The position numbers and the translations under genes are program-made. This document shows, in pieces, positions 8,390 through 18,327 of a stretch of 64,000 nt of DNA. A model generated the notes under the pieces. It did no database searches. It was given only the letters and a program-made list of their open reading frames with translations, and was not told the DNA's origin. Positions within the stretch are counted from its first letter, which is position 1, and every line of letters starts with the position of its first letter. The stretch is from positions 1-64,000 of the IMG/VR virus record IMGVR_UViG_3300030060_006061. One strand, written 5' to 3'. The stretch is from an uncultured virus (IMG/VR IMGVR_UViG_3300030060_006061). Lineage: Duplodnaviria; Heunggongvirae; Uroviricota; Caudoviricetes.

Positions 8390-8648
8390 TCCTAATTTTT
8401 ATCTTTCTCCACAAGGTGTTTGTTATGAAAAGAATCCAAAACCAAAATACCCAAGAGTCATTGCAGTCTTCTTACTCAGTTCGCACGATACTAGCTGGTT
8501 ATATCATAGAGAAGATGGCACATATTACTGGGAGCATGCAAGAAAGAATGAAGACCTTAAGGTAGAGGATGTGGATGGATTACAACTAGATATGTTTGGT
8601 AAACCAGAATTAACAAAAGAGTTCATAATGAATTCCATATTATGGTAG
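8334..8648 (+). CDS. Hypothetical protein; start uncertain
   Basis: ORF fills gap between coupled genes. Confidence 0.6.
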   Translation: MWQTGSIRRDRMTGDREINPNFYLSPQGVCYEKNPKPKYPRVIAVFLLSSHDTSWLYHREDGTYYWEHARKNEDLKVEDVDGLQLDMFGKPELTKEFIMNSILW

Positions 8649-8716
8649 TTCATGCTATTGTATACATAAGTATATTCGTGCTAATAATTTTAGCATTCGG
8701 TTTTTTCGATCCATGA
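8642..8716 (+). CDS. 24-aa hydrophobic microprotein
   Basis: [28 protein letters not shown] overlap with ndhP. Confidence 0.5.
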   Translation: MVVHAIVYISIFVLIILAFGFFDP

Positions 8717-8865
8717 ATTTAGAAATCATTCTTTTATTTTCGGCACTTCCCTTTGTAGCATTTACACTTTACTTTGGGACTAAGGGAGGATATTATGATA
8801 GTGATGACTACGATGGTCATGGTACAGCTCACAAGGTACTGATCGATGATGAGACAAGTATTTGA
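8713..8865 (+). CDS. ndhP: NDH-1 small subunit NdhP (not in ORF track)
   Basis: [40 protein letters not shown] matches the NdhP pattern FGTxxGxYDxDxYxGxGxAH; adjacent to ndhI. Confidence 0.85.
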   Translation: MNLEIILLFSALPFVAFTLYFGTKGGYYDSDDYDGHGTAHKVLIDDETSI

Positions 8866-9421
8866 TTATCTAAAAGAAATCAAAGACGCAGCAAAGTATA
8901 TGTTGCAAGGTCTTTCAGTTACCCTATCTCACATGGGTCGAAGACCAGTCACTGTCCAGTATCCTTATGAAAAACTAATACCATCTGAAAGGTATCGTGG
9001 ACGTATTCATTATGAATTTGATAAGTGTATCGCTTGTGAAGTTTGTGTGAGAGTATGTCCTATCAATCTCCCAGTGGTCGATTGGGTGATGAATAAACAA
9101 ACAAAAAAGAAAGAACTACGTAATTATTCGATAGACTTTGGAGCATGCATATTCTGCGGTAACTGTGTAGAGTATTGCCCGACTAATTGTTTATCTATGA
9201 CTGAAGAATATGAATTGGCTACATTTGACAGACATCAACTTAACTATGATAATGTCGCTCTTGGACGACTTCCCACTAATGTTACAAGCAATCCCAATGT
9301 TAGATCACTTCGTGAACTTACATATCTACCCAAAGGTGAAATGGATCCCCACACAGTAAAGGATAATGATCCTAGAGTAGGTAAACTACCAGAGGAAGTT
9401 CTAGATTGGATGACAAAGTAG
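8846..9421 (+). CDS. ndhI: NAD(P)H-quinone oxidoreductase subunit I
   Basis: VTVQYPYEK, two 4Fe-4S motifs [12 protein letters not shown] and [12 protein letters not shown]. Confidence 0.97.
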   Translation: MMRQVFDYLKEIKDAAKYMLQGLSVTLSHMGRRPVTVQYPYEKLIPSERYRGRIHYEFDKCIACEVCVRVCPINLPVVDWVMNKQTKKKELRNYSIDFGACIFCGNCVEYCPTNCLSMTEEYELATFDRHQLNYDNVALGRLPTNVTSNPNVRSLRELTYLPKGEMDPHTVKDNDPRVGKLPEEVLDWMTK

Positions 9422-9509
9422 ACAAAATACCTAAATGGTTTTATAATACTGTTATATCAATGGGAATCATGGTTTTTGTTGCATTTGGATTAATATTTTT
9501 TGGAATGAC

Positions 9510-9872
9510 ATGAATAAGATATTAATATTACCACTATTTTTTCTCACCATGTGTGCACCTGCACCAGTGACACCACCTGCTCATGCTTGTAGTCCACGTT
9601 TAGATGGTAAACCCACATATTGCCCCACTGATTTAGACGATCTAAAACCAGCTCCACCCTCATATCCACAACCAAAACGTGAAATTAATATTTTTGATCC
9701 CATGGATTGGTATCAACTACAAATAATGTTTTATGAAAGTAAGAGAAAAAAAGAAATTGAAAAAAATATGACTAGACCAGAGGACTCTATAAATAAGGCA
9801 GTTATGGAATATCAAGATGGGCGCAATGACACCCCCAAGTCGGAAGAGTTGTTACAACTTCCGAGTGACTGA
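9510..9872 (+). CDS. Hypothetical protein with signal peptide
   Basis: 120-aa ORF, hydrophobic N-terminus. Confidence 0.6.
   Translation: MNKILILPLFFLTMCAPAPVTPPAHACSPRLDGKPTYCPTDLDDLKPAPPSYPQPKREINIFDPMDWYQLQIMFYESKRKKEIEKNMTRPEDSINKAVMEYQDGRNDTPKSEELLQLPSD
9788..9795 (+). promoter_or_regulatory. T4-type late promoter
   Basis: TATAAATA about 20 nt upstream of ATG 9817. Confidence 0.7.
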
Positions 9873-10278
9873 AATTAATAGAGTGCTTGACGGTGACACA
9901 ATTGATGTTACAATAGATTTAGGATTTGATCTATACAAAAAAGAAAGAGTCCGCGTAGCAGGGGTTGATACTCCTGAGAAACGTACACGTAACTTAGAGG
10001 AGAAAGCACTTGGTTTGGACGCGACTGCATGGCTTAAAGACAAGCTCGAAGGTGCTATTGACGGTGACGATGAGCTTTCTATTAGGACTGAACTTGTTGG
10101 TGGGGTCGGTAAATATGGTCGTCTTCTTGGGTGGCTTTATATCGGGGACTCAAATGTGTCGCTTAACGAACAAATGATCGGTGAAGGATATGCATGGCCA
10201 TACGATGGTGGCACAAAACAAAAAGACTTTGAGGAACTACGAGTTCTTCGTAGGGCTAGAGGCACACTTAAGGAGTAA
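9817..10278 (+). CDS. Thermonuclease (SNase-like) family nuclease
   Basis: VLDGDTID, RVAGVDTPE, GKYGRLLG, LNEQMI..GYA. Confidence 0.88.
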   Translation: MGAMTPPSRKSCYNFRVTEINRVLDGDTIDVTIDLGFDLYKKERVRVAGVDTPEKRTRNLEEKALGLDATAWLKDKLEGAIDGDDELSIRTELVGGVGKYGRLLGWLYIGDSNVSLNEQMIGEGYAWPYDGGTKQKDFEELRVLRRARGTLKE

Positions 10279-10281
10279 ATT

Positions 10282-10491
10282 ATGTTTTCAGTATTAAATG
10301 TAGTAGAAGCATGGAATGAGATCTCATGGGCAGATGCAGTTCCTTTTACACTTGTTCTTATAGGTCTTTACTGGGTAAAGGTAAAGATAGATACATCACT
10401 TGGATCTATCAATAAAAAACAAGCAAAACAATTAAAGAGAGTTATTCGAGAAGCGATTGACGAATCAGAGCTGATTGATAAAATAAAATGA
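10282..10491 (+). CDS. Hypothetical membrane protein
   Basis: 69 aa, AGGAG RBS. Confidence 0.7.
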   Translation: MFSVLNVVEAWNEISWADAVPFTLVLIGLYWVKVKIDTSLGSINKKQAKQLKRVIREAIDESELIDKIK

Positions 10492-10697
10492 AACACATAT
10501 TCAATATCATGGCAGCAACATCATTTGGATTATCACTTTTTTTAGTGGGAGTGATAATCTTTTTGAATGCAACAAAGCAGTCAAGAATTGAGGACAATCG
10601 TAATTATATGCAAAGAATAATAGAGGAAGAGGTATCAAAACAAATACCAAGATCACTACCACGAGTGACAGGGGAAGTATATGTCCCCAATAAATGA
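10488..10697 (+). CDS. Hypothetical membrane protein
   Basis: 69 aa, ATGA overlap. Confidence 0.65.
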   Translation: MKHIFNIMAATSFGLSLFLVGVIIFLNATKQSRIEDNRNYMQRIIEEEVSKQIPRSLPRVTGEVYVPNK

Positions 10698-11436
10698 AAT
10701 TAACGTGAGTGATGTAATTGTTCCTCATATCCATTCACCACAGATTCCTTTTACTAATATACACAATCACCATATTCCTGTAACACTGCAGATAGGATTT
10801 CCGATTGTTGATATGCCGGGATGTGTAGAGATGCACAAAGATAATAAAGATCATATATCTGGTTTACCCTTTGATAAAGATCTTGTTAATCAAGATCCAA
10901 AAGGTAGCATAGTATTGTGTCCACATGGAGAGTATCCATCATATGATGCATTGGATTATCAACCAGAGCAATTAATAATTACAAAAGAAACACCTCCCCC
11001 ACCTATTGCACCGCCACCAGAAGTTGAAACACCAGAGGTTCCTCCCACTGGTGATCTTGGTGGAAAAGAGGAGGTGCCCTGTCCGGGCCCAAATCAATTA
11101 AGAGTTGGTGATGTCACTCAATCAGGTGATGAAAGAGTAGTGGGTCATCGTCTTCTTGAGGATGGTAAAACCTGTGAGACATTATATGAATCAACCACAC
11201 CACTTGAAAAATATGTTCCACCTTTAAATCAAGTATCAACTGTGACTGCATTAGCAGTGGTGGCTACAGCAGGAGCAGCAGCGACACCATTATTGATAAG
11301 AGTTATAAAACCTGTAATAAAAAAATTATGGACAACGATTCAAAAGAAGTTAGGTAAAAAAGTCAAAACTCCGAATCGTAGTCTCATTCAGACAAATAAG
11401 TATCGTGAGAAGAAAGGACTTCCACCATTAAAATAA
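10681..11436 (+). CDS. Conserved cyanophage hypothetical protein (Pro-rich, C-terminal TM)
   Basis: 251-aa ORF. Confidence 0.75.
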   Translation: MSPINEINVSDVIVPHIHSPQIPFTNIHNHHIPVTLQIGFPIVDMPGCVEMHKDNKDHISGLPFDKDLVNQDPKGSIVLCPHGEYPSYDALDYQPEQLIITKETPPPPIAPPPEVETPEVPPTGDLGGKEEVPCPGPNQLRVGDVTQSGDERVVGHRLLEDGKTCETLYESTTPLEKYVPPLNQVSTVTALAVVATAGAAATPLLIRVIKPVIKKLWTTIQKKLGKKVKTPNRSLIQTNKYREKKGLPPLK

Positions 11437-12306
11437 TTAAGGTTTACCTATAGATATATCTTTTAAATTACTTGCATTTCCATTTGCAGGAGGAGTAATA
11501 GTTTGTATCGAGTGAGTATGATTTGGTAAAGTTCCGGGTGGGTTGACTAATACAACATCAGCACATACCTTGAAATAAGGTGAATTTTTATGAAACATAA
11601 TACCAGCTTTCATAAGTTCACCACAATTTTTCAAACGAGCTATTTCAAAGTCTAATCTTTTGTTTGCAGTTTGTTGTTGCATGTATGCAATATTCGCTGC
11701 TGCTGCCTGTTTACATTGATCTTGTAGTTTCTTATCTAATGGTTTAGACCATGTAGCAGATACACCTATCGATAATGTGCTACTGTCTTTCTGTCCTGTT
11801 CTAGTTGGTTTAAAATATAAAATTTCTCCGGGATTGTCTGGTACATCGTCATTATTCGCATCTACATTGTTGTATACAGGATCCATCCAATAATCCTCAT
11901 ACGGCCGCTTGACTGCAATATTTCCTGTTACGAAGGGAGTTACATTCATGGTAGGGCCTTGACATTGTATTCCGTTACCATATGTGTTTGTTATATATGG
12001 GCCTTGCAAAACTTGTATTGCTTGATTGGTCACTGAGCCTGAACTATTAGCCACTGGATTTGCTGTAGCAGAAACTCCCCCGATGTCTGAAGCGAATGAT
12101 GGGGTTGCTGTTCCAACTGTGAGACACAGTGATATCAGTTTGAGAAGACGCTTGTTGTGTTTGTTACACTTTGTATGGTGGTCGTTCTCTGTATTATTGT
12201 GTGATTCTTGAGGCCGGGGCCAGAATATGTTTCTGTAAATTGAAACGCTGCTCCGGGATTTACGATTGTAAAGTTTGGTTTGTTTTCGAGGTCTAACCCT
12301 GTCCAT
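11437..12306 (-). CDS. Conserved cyanophage hypothetical exported-type protein; true start probably downstream of 12306
   Basis: Internal signal-like segment LISLCLTVGTATPSFA; 5' part overlaps the neighbouring gene. Confidence 0.7.
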   Translation of the reverse strand: MDRVRPRKQTKLYNRKSRSSVSIYRNIFWPRPQESHNNTENDHHTKCNKHNKRLLKLISLCLTVGTATPSFASDIGGVSATANPVANSSGSVTNQAIQVLQGPYITNTYGNGIQCQGPTMNVTPFVTGNIAVKRPYEDYWMDPVYNNVDANNDDVPDNPGEILYFKPTRTGQKDSSTLSIGVSATWSKPLDKKLQDQCKQAAAANIAYMQQQTANKRLDFEIARLKNCGELMKAGIMFHKNSPYFKVCADVVLVNPPGTLPNHTHSIQTITPPANGNASNLKDISIGKP

Positions 12307-12578
12307 GTTGAAGTCACTCCGTTCAATGTATTACTATTACCAGTGGTGGTAGGAGAAGATATTGTGTTACCATCATGCTCTATGTTTGTGCCTGTTATAA
12401 CGTGCTGATAGCCCGTGTCGTAGCTCATCGAATTTATGGTCTCAGTCACCGTAGAAGTCGTTTCGGTATTTGAGGTCATCGAGCCCTGAGTGAAATTCGG
12501 CACAACTGGCACAGCACCTACACTTTGTTGTATGAGTGCAGTGAGCACAGTGGCAACAATAGCAAGATTCCTTTTCAT
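12135..12578 (-). CDS. Hypothetical protein with signal peptide, Thr-rich
   Basis: AVPVVPNFTQGSMTS after signal peptide. Confidence 0.75.
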   Translation of the reverse strand: MKRNLAIVATVLTALIQQSVGAVPVVPNFTQGSMTSNTETTSTVTETINSMSYDTGYQHVITGTNIEHDGNTISSPTTTGNSNTLNGVTSTWTGLDLENKPNFTIVNPGAAFQFTETYSGPGLKNHTIIQRTTTIQSVTNTTSVFSN

Positions 12579-12581
12579 TTA

Positions 12582-13070
12582 TCATTTGATGGTCAACTCG
12601 TTTACAAATTGTCCAGTAGCCACAGTTCCAGCACCACCAGCAGTTATGGTCATGACACCTGCACTGGTTATGGTTCCAGCCAATGTGTCTTTTGTTCCAG
12701 CAGCCGTCGATGTTTGATTACTGAAATTACCTACAGCACCGACTGTTGGAGCAGATGTTGGAACTGCATCAGCCTGAGTGTATGACTGAGCAAAGCTGAA
12801 CGATGCCCCTGCTGTGTCTTGTGTAGCTGCAATTGTTCCGGGTGCATATACACCTGAAGTGATTGTTCCTACTGACACTGTGCCAGCAGTTGTGCCATCA
12901 GTTGTATCTACATTAGATCCAGAGATTGCGAAACTTGAACCAATTCTTTCAACCTGAGTTGCAGCTGCGTTCACTTGTAATTGTACACTATTAGACAACT
13001 TATGAGTGATATCAGCCATTACAGGAGAACCAAAACCAAAAACCAATAATATAGGTATAAATTTTTTCAT
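12582..13070 (-). CDS. Hypothetical protein with signal peptide, beta-rich
   Basis: MKKFIPILLVFGFGSPVMA signal; minus-strand CTAAATA upstream. Confidence 0.75.
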   Translation of the reverse strand: MKKFIPILLVFGFGSPVMADITHKLSNSVQLQVNAAATQVERIGSSFAISGSNVDTTDGTTAGTVSVGTITSGVYAPGTIAATQDTAGASFSFAQSYTQADAVPTSAPTVGAVGNFSNQTSTAAGTKDTLAGTITSAGVMTITAGGAGTVATGQFVNELTIK

Positions 13071-13134
13071 AATTTTGAGACAATATACCTATTTGCTATT
13101 TAGTAATCAAATAAATAGATAAAAAAACTGTGTA

Positions 13135-13326
13135 ATGGCGAACAGGTACTCTCGTATATTTCATCACATTTCTACTCAAGACCTTAAGAGAAATCTAAAG
13201 GAAGAGGTTCGTTTGAGAAAAATGGAACAGAATAATTTATTAGTCGAAGAAGAAAAAAAAGAAGTGATTCGTAAAGAGCTTGAAACAAAAAAATCTAATT
13301 GGAGAGATGACTTGACAATAGTGTAA
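13135..13326 (+). CDS. Hypothetical protein
   Basis: 63-aa charged ORF. Confidence 0.55.
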   Translation: MANRYSRIFHHISTQDLKRNLKEEVRLRKMEQNNLLVEEEKKEVIRKELETKKSNWRDDLTIV

Positions 13327-13340
13327 AGTTCTGTTAAGAT
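13312..13340 (+). promoter_or_regulatory. psbA sigma70-like promoter
   Basis: TTGACA-17nt-TAAGAT, with TAAATA overlapping downstream. Confidence 0.75.
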
Positions 13341-13377
13341 AAATAACGAAAGGTGATGTCCTTAAACATCAATATTT

Positions 13378-13495
13378 GCTCCCGCTAACCAAGACCTATG
13401 GGAGGGTAAATTACGTCTTTCATATCCAGTAGTGAGGGATTACTGGAAATAAGTTTCGCTCTACCCTAGAGCCCTACTTAACAAACGTCTTACTA
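13378..13495 (+). ncRNA. PhotoRC-II-like cis-regulatory RNA in psbA leader
   Basis: Stems CTCCC...GGGAG and TCCAGTAGT-GAGGG-ATTACTGGA; location upstream of phage psbA fits the known motif. Confidence 0.7.
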
Positions 13496-14581
13496 ATGAC
13501 AACTCTTTCAAAACAAGGCAGAGGTGGTCTCCTACAGGGATGGCCAGAGTTCTGCGAATGGGTAACATCAACTAACAACAGAATTTATGTTGGTTGGTTC
13601 GGTGTACTCATGATTCCATGCTTACTCGCAGCAGCAGCATGTTTCATCGTTGCATTCATTGCAGCACCTCCAGTCGATATCGACGGAATCAGAGAACCAG
13701 TAGCAGGTTCATTCTTATATGGTAACAACATCATCTCAGGTGCAGTTGTTCCATCATCAAACGCAATCGGTCTACACTTCTACCCAATGTGGGAAGCAGC
13801 AACAGTAGATGAGTGGTTGTACAACGGTGGCCCATATCAGTTGATTATCTTCCACTTCCTTATCGGAATTTCTGCTTACATGGGCAGACAGTGGGAATTA
13901 TCATACCGTTTAGGTATGCGTCCTTGGATTTGCGTAGCATATTCCGCACCAGTATCTGCAGCATTTGCTGTATTCCTTGTATACCCATTCGGTCAGGGTT
14001 CATTCTCAGACGGTATGCCACTTGGAATATCTGGAACATTCAACTTTATGTTTGTATTCCAAGCAGAGCACAACATCCTAATGCACCCATTCCATATGGC
14101 TGGTGTAGCAGGTATGTTCGGTGGAGCACTATTTGCAGCAATGCACGGTTCACTTGTAACATCTTCTCTAATCAGAGAAACAACTGGTTTAGATTCACAG
14201 AACTATGGTTACAAGTTCGGACAAGAAGAAGAAACATACAACATCGTAGCCGCACACGGTTACTTCGGTAGATTAATCTTCCAGTATGCTTCATTCAACA
14301 ACTCAAGAAGTTTACACTTCTTCCTTGGTGTATTCCCAGTAGTATGCGTATGGTTAACATCCATGGGTATCTGCACAATGGCATTCAACCTTAACGGTTT
14401 CAACTTCAACCAATCAGTTGTAGATGCGAACGGTAAGATTGTACCAACATGGGGAGATGTTCTTAACAGAGCAAACCTTGGTATGGAAGTTATGCATGAG
14501 AGAAATGCACACAACTTCCCACTAGACCTAGCATGTGCTGAGTCTTCAACAGTTGCTTTAACAGCACCTTCAATCGGTTAA
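13496..14581 (+). CDS. psbA: Photosystem II D1 protein
   Basis: Full D1 sequence, uninterrupted; Prochlorococcus-like N-terminus [12 protein letters not shown]. Confidence 0.99.
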   Translation: MTTLSKQGRGGLLQGWPEFCEWVTSTNNRIYVGWFGVLMIPCLLAAAACFIVAFIAAPPVDIDGIREPVAGSFLYGNNIISGAVVPSSNAIGLHFYPMWEAATVDEWLYNGGPYQLIIFHFLIGISAYMGRQWELSYRLGMRPWICVAYSAPVSAAFAVFLVYPFGQGSFSDGMPLGISGTFNFMFVFQAEHNILMHPFHMAGVAGMFGGALFAAMHGSLVTSSLIRETTGLDSQNYGYKFGQEEETYNIVAAHGYFGRLIFQYASFNNSRSLHFFLGVFPVVCVWLTSMGICTMAFNLNGFNFNQSVVDANGKIVPTWGDVLNRANLGMEVMHERNAHNFPLDLACAESSTVALTAPSIG

Positions 14582-14602
14582 TAATTTAACTGATATAATC
14601 AC

Positions 14603-14626
14603 AGGGGGTCTTCGAGACCCCTTTTT
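14603..14626 (+). terminator. Terminator hairpin between psbA and psbD
   Basis: GGGGTCT-TCG-AGACCCC followed by TTTTT. Confidence 0.85.
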
Positions 14627-14640
14627 CATAGGAGAAATTA

Positions 14641-15717
14641 ATGGTAGCATCTACCTTACAAGCACCCACAAGGGGTTGGTTTGATGTTCTTGATGACTGG
14701 TTAAAGAGAGACCGTTTCGTATTCATCGGATGGTCTGGTTTACTTTTATTACCTTGTGCATTCTTGTCTATCGGTGGCTGGTTCACTGGTACTACATTCG
14801 TTACAAGTTGGTACACACATGGTATTGCATCTTCATATCTTGAAGGAGCAAACTTCTTGACCGCAGCAGTATCCACACCCGGAGATGCGATGGGTCACAG
14901 TCTATTATTCCTTTGGGGGCCTGAAGCACAGGGTTCTTTTGTTCGTTGGTTACAAATCGGTGGACTCTGGAACTTCGTAGCATTACATGGTGTATTCGGT
15001 CTCATAGGATTCATGTTACGTCAATTTGAGATTGCAGGTCTAGTAGGGATTCGTCCTTATAACGCACTCGCATTTTCAGCAGTGATCGCAGTATTTACTA
15101 GCGTCTTTTTAATATATCCATTAGGACAGCATAGCTGGTTCTTTGCACCTTCATTTGGAGTTGCAGCAATCTTTAGATATATCTTATTCATACAAGGATT
15201 CCATAACATCACACTCAATCCATTTCATATGATGGGTGTAGCAGGTATTCTTGGTGGTGCTTTACTTTGTGCTATTCATGGTGCAACAGTGCAGAACACA
15301 CTGTATGAAGATACATCTATCTACACCGAAGGTAAGATTCAAAGTACAACATTCCGTGCTTTCGATCCTACACAGGATGAGGAAACTTATTCAATGATTA
15401 CAGCAAACAGATTCTGGTCACAGATATTTGGTATTGCTTTCTCAAACAAAAGATTCCTACACTTCTTGATGCTCTTTGTACCTGTGATGGGTATGTGGAC
15501 ATCATCAATCGGTATCGTAGGTCTAGCACTTAACTTGAGAGCATACGACTTTGTATCTCAAGAGATAAGAGCAGCAGAAGACCCAGAGTTCGAGACCTTC
15601 TATACAAAAAATATACTTTTGAACGAAGGCATGAGAGCATGGATGTCATCTGTAGATCAACCTCATGAGAACTTTGTGTTCCCAGAAGAAGTATTACCTC
15701 GTGGTAATGCCTTGTAA
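14641..15717 (+). CDS. psbD: Photosystem II D2 protein
   Basis: [16 protein letters not shown]...[10 protein letters not shown]. Confidence 0.99.
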   Translation: MVASTLQAPTRGWFDVLDDWLKRDRFVFIGWSGLLLLPCAFLSIGGWFTGTTFVTSWYTHGIASSYLEGANFLTAAVSTPGDAMGHSLLFLWGPEAQGSFVRWLQIGGLWNFVALHGVFGLIGFMLRQFEIAGLVGIRPYNALAFSAVIAVFTSVFLIYPLGQHSWFFAPSFGVAAIFRYILFIQGFHNITLNPFHMMGVAGILGGALLCAIHGATVQNTLYEDTSIYTEGKIQSTTFRAFDPTQDEETYSMITANRFWSQIFGIAFSNKRFLHFLMLFVPVMGMWTSSIGIVGLALNLRAYDFVSQEIRAAEDPEFETFYTKNILLNEGMRAWMSSVDQPHENFVFPEEVLPRGNAL

Positions 15718-15740
15718 AATTACATACATATGATATAATA

Positions 15741-15764
15741 AAGACCCTTATAGGGTCTTTTTTT
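15741..15764 (+). terminator. Terminator after psbD
   Basis: AAGACCCT-TAT-AGGGTCTT followed by T-run. Confidence 0.85.
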
Positions 15765-15777
15765 ATGCAAGGAAAAG

Positions 15778-16209
15778 ATGGATCTAGATGAACAACTAGA
15801 ACTGGCTCATTTGCTACTACAGGAACGCAAGTGTAGAGTTTGTGGTCAGGAAAAAAATCTAATTGATGGTTATTATCGAACTCGAAAGAATGTCAGGTTA
15901 GCATCTTCATACTCTTACGAATGTAAAGAGTGCACTGTTAAAAGAGTTTGTGAAAATAATCGTTGCAATCGACTTAAGAAAAATCGTATTAAAAAAATGA
16001 AACAAACTGAAAATTTGCAACAACTCATGGAAAGATTTACTAAGAGATTAAATCAGACAAATCCAGATGATAAGGAGAGAGTATCCTATCTTAAGGGTTG
16101 CATAGACACTATTGATTATTTGGCTACAGGAAAACTACCAAATGACGGTAATCACGATGGTATGAAAAATCATAGACCTAGACATTCTCAACTTGATGCG
16201 TTAGACTGA
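15778..16209 (+). CDS. Zn-finger (CxxC...CxxC) hypothetical protein, possibly a two-gene fusion
   Basis: CRVC and CKEC; second half starts at internal MKQTENL. Confidence 0.65.
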   Translation: MDLDEQLELAHLLLQERKCRVCGQEKNLIDGYYRTRKNVRLASSYSYECKECTVKRVCENNRCNRLKKNRIKKMKQTENLQQLMERFTKRLNQTNPDDKERVSYLKGCIDTIDYLATGKLPNDGNHDGMKNHRPRHSQLDALD

Positions 16210-16248
16210 AAAATATCAACCACTATATAAAATCGAGAGATCATACTT

Positions 16249-16914
16249 ATGAAAATTTTTCTTGATACTGCTGATACAAAAATTATTAGCAAACATTTCG
16301 AGACTGGATTGATTGATGGTGTGACCACAAATCCAACATTGATTATGAAAAGCCATGAAAGACCTGATGATGTATATCGTGACTTAGTTTTGATTGGTCT
16401 TAAGGATATAAGCATGGAAGTTGTTGGAACTAAAGAAGAGATGCTTGCAGAAGCAGATCGTCTTATTAGTAAGTTTGGTGATGTAGTAACAATTAAGGTG
16501 CCTTGTACACCCGACGGCCTAACGGTCTGTAAGGAGTTGTATAGTCAAGGTGTTAGAGTTAATGTCACACTAATATTCAGCGTCTCACAGTCGATCCTAG
16601 CGGTCAAAGCGGGAGCGAGATATCTCTCACCTTTTGTTGGTCGTGTAGATGACCAGAGATTTGGAGGATGTAATCTCATTAGAAGAATTAAAGAGGTGTT
16701 GCCAGTTCATGTTGCAGCACAATATAATCTACCTGAGATACTTTCTGCCTCAATCAGATCAGTTGCTGACGTAGAGCATTCATTCGCTCAAGGTGCTGAT
16801 ATCTGCACAATGCCACCCAAAATCTTTGAGAACATGTATAATCATATTCTCACAGACAAAGGATTAGAACTTTTTGACATCGATTATCAGAAAACAATTA
16901 AGGAATTTACCTAA
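16249..16914 (+). CDS. talC: Transaldolase (TalC/MipB type)
   Basis: IFLDTAD, GVTTNPTL, IKVP, VNVTLIFS, SPFVGR. Confidence 0.95.
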   Translation: MKIFLDTADTKIISKHFETGLIDGVTTNPTLIMKSHERPDDVYRDLVLIGLKDISMEVVGTKEEMLAEADRLISKFGDVVTIKVPCTPDGLTVCKELYSQGVRVNVTLIFSVSQSILAVKAGARYLSPFVGRVDDQRFGGCNLIRRIKEVLPVHVAAQYNLPEILSASIRSVADVEHSFAQGADICTMPPKIFENMYNHILTDKGLELFDIDYQKTIKEFT

Positions 16915-16915
16915 A

Positions 16916-17152
16916 ATGAAAGCTGTAGTCTATTCAAGAGATAATTGCCAATGGTGTGATAGAGTAACACAATTACTCAGAAGTGTTAAGATCGATTATG
17001 TTGAATACAAATACGATCTAGACTTTACAAAGCATGAGTTTCAAGAGGAGTTTGGTTCTGATGCCACATTTCCTCAAGTCTCAATTGGAAGCCGTTACAT
17101 TGGAGGATGTAAAGAAACTTTAAAATGGTTACAAAAAGAAAATCTCATATGA
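16916..17152 (+). CDS. nrdC: Glutaredoxin
   Basis: CQWC, TFPQV, YIGGC. Confidence 0.88.
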   Translation: MKAVVYSRDNCQWCDRVTQLLRSVKIDYVEYKYDLDFTKHEFQEEFGSDATFPQVSIGSRYIGGCKETLKWLQKENLI

Positions 17153-17490
17153 AAAACTTTGAAGAAGTTTATTTTATCGTTGAGAAAGCACTTGAACTTG
17201 CTTTCAAGGGTGATTTTGTTTTAAAATTTTATCCTTATCTTGAAGGTGAGGGTGTAAAGAAAAAACAAATTGAAGAGTTTATCGCAAGTTCAACAGCAGA
17301 TGAATTATCACAACAAGTTTTAGAACTTGAAGGATATATCAAAGGTGGTGACAAAACTCTTAAAGAGGCCTACGGTCACATACCAAAACCAAAAGCAAGA
17401 AAGATAAAAACTTATCTTTATGGTATACTAGAGGATGCGTGGAGGTACAACCATGACAAAAGGAGAGGAAGAAGAAAACGCTCTAAATAA
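17149..17490 (+). CDS. Conserved cyanophage hypothetical protein
   Basis: EAYGHIPKPKARKIK motif; ATGA coupling. Confidence 0.75.
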   Translation: MKNFEEVYFIVEKALELAFKGDFVLKFYPYLEGEGVKKKQIEEFIASSTADELSQQVLELEGYIKGGDKTLKEAYGHIPKPKARKIKTYLYGILEDAWRYNHDKRRGRRKRSK

Positions 17491-17635
17491 AAACAAACCC
17501 GAAATCAATCGGGGTGTAGAGTTGTTACTACGTAATAGGAGGAACGTTCAACCTAAACCAACTTTCCAGTTAAAATTTACTTTCTTTAAAAGAGAAATAA
17601 CTTTAACTTTAAACATAACAAAAAATAATCTCTAG
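17435..17635 (+). CDS. Hypothetical protein
   Basis: INRGVELLLRNRR; fills gap. Confidence 0.6.
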   Translation: MRGGTTMTKGEEEENALNKNKPEINRGVELLLRNRRNVQPKPTFQLKFTFFKREITLTLNITKNNL

Positions 17636-17642
17636 GAGATCC

Positions 17643-17870
17643 ATGGAAACTTTAATAGTAACTCTAACGATTACAACGACAGTATCGTTTCTTGCACTAT
17701 TGGTAGGAGGTGTGATAGGATGGGTAGCAAGAGGACACTCATATGAAACAACACCAGTTTACACACATCCAGAGATGTTTGATGAAAATGGTAATCTAAG
17801 AGCAGATGAAATTTTAGCAGTTCGATTTGAAAATTATGACAACAACGACGAAGAAGAAGACAACGACTAA
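17643..17870 (+). CDS. Conserved hypothetical membrane protein
   Basis: TM then HPEMFDENGN; AGGAG RBS. Confidence 0.75.
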   Translation: METLIVTLTITTTVSFLALLVGGVIGWVARGHSYETTPVYTHPEMFDENGNLRADEILAVRFENYDNNDEEEDND

Positions 17871-18327
17871 GAAGGTAAAACTACCTCCTAATCCTTTTAT
17901 CCATGAGATATTAGAGTATGTTGACAGTCAAAGAACAAAGGCAAAAAAAGTTGAAGCCTTAAGAGAACACAGAGATGATTCTTTAACTGCAGTTCTGATA
18001 TGGAATTTTGATGACAAAGTGGTGTCAGCTGTTCCTGATGGTCAAGTACCTTATAAAGAGAATGAGGTTCCGGTTGGAACTGATCATACGTCACTCCGTA
18101 GAGAATGGAAAAATCTATATCACTTTATTAAAGGTGGTAATGACACACTGAGTTCTCTTCGTAGAGAAACGATGTTTATTCAATTATTGGAAGGTCTACA
18201 CCCAGAAGAGGCTAAAATTATTTGTCTTGTTAAGGATAAAAATCTTACAAGTAAGTATAAGTTGACTAAGGAAATTGTTGCAGAAGCGTTTCCTGATATA
18301 ACATGGGGTTTACATAGAGGATCATGA
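17836..18327 (+). CDS. Conserved T4-like hypothetical protein
   Basis: RRETMFIQLLEGLHPEEA motif. Confidence 0.8.
   Translation: MTTTTKKKTTTKKVKLPPNPFIHEILEYVDSQRTKAKKVEALREHRDDSLTAVLIWNFDDKVVSAVPDGQVPYKENEVPVGTDHTSLRREWKNLYHFIKGGNDTLSSLRRETMFIQLLEGLHPEEAKIICLVKDKNLTSKYKLTKEIVAEAFPDITWGLHRGS

Noticed and set aside
13496..15717. Intron or homing endonuclease in or between psbA and psbD
   Set aside because: Both ORFs are contiguous and the spacer is only 59 nt
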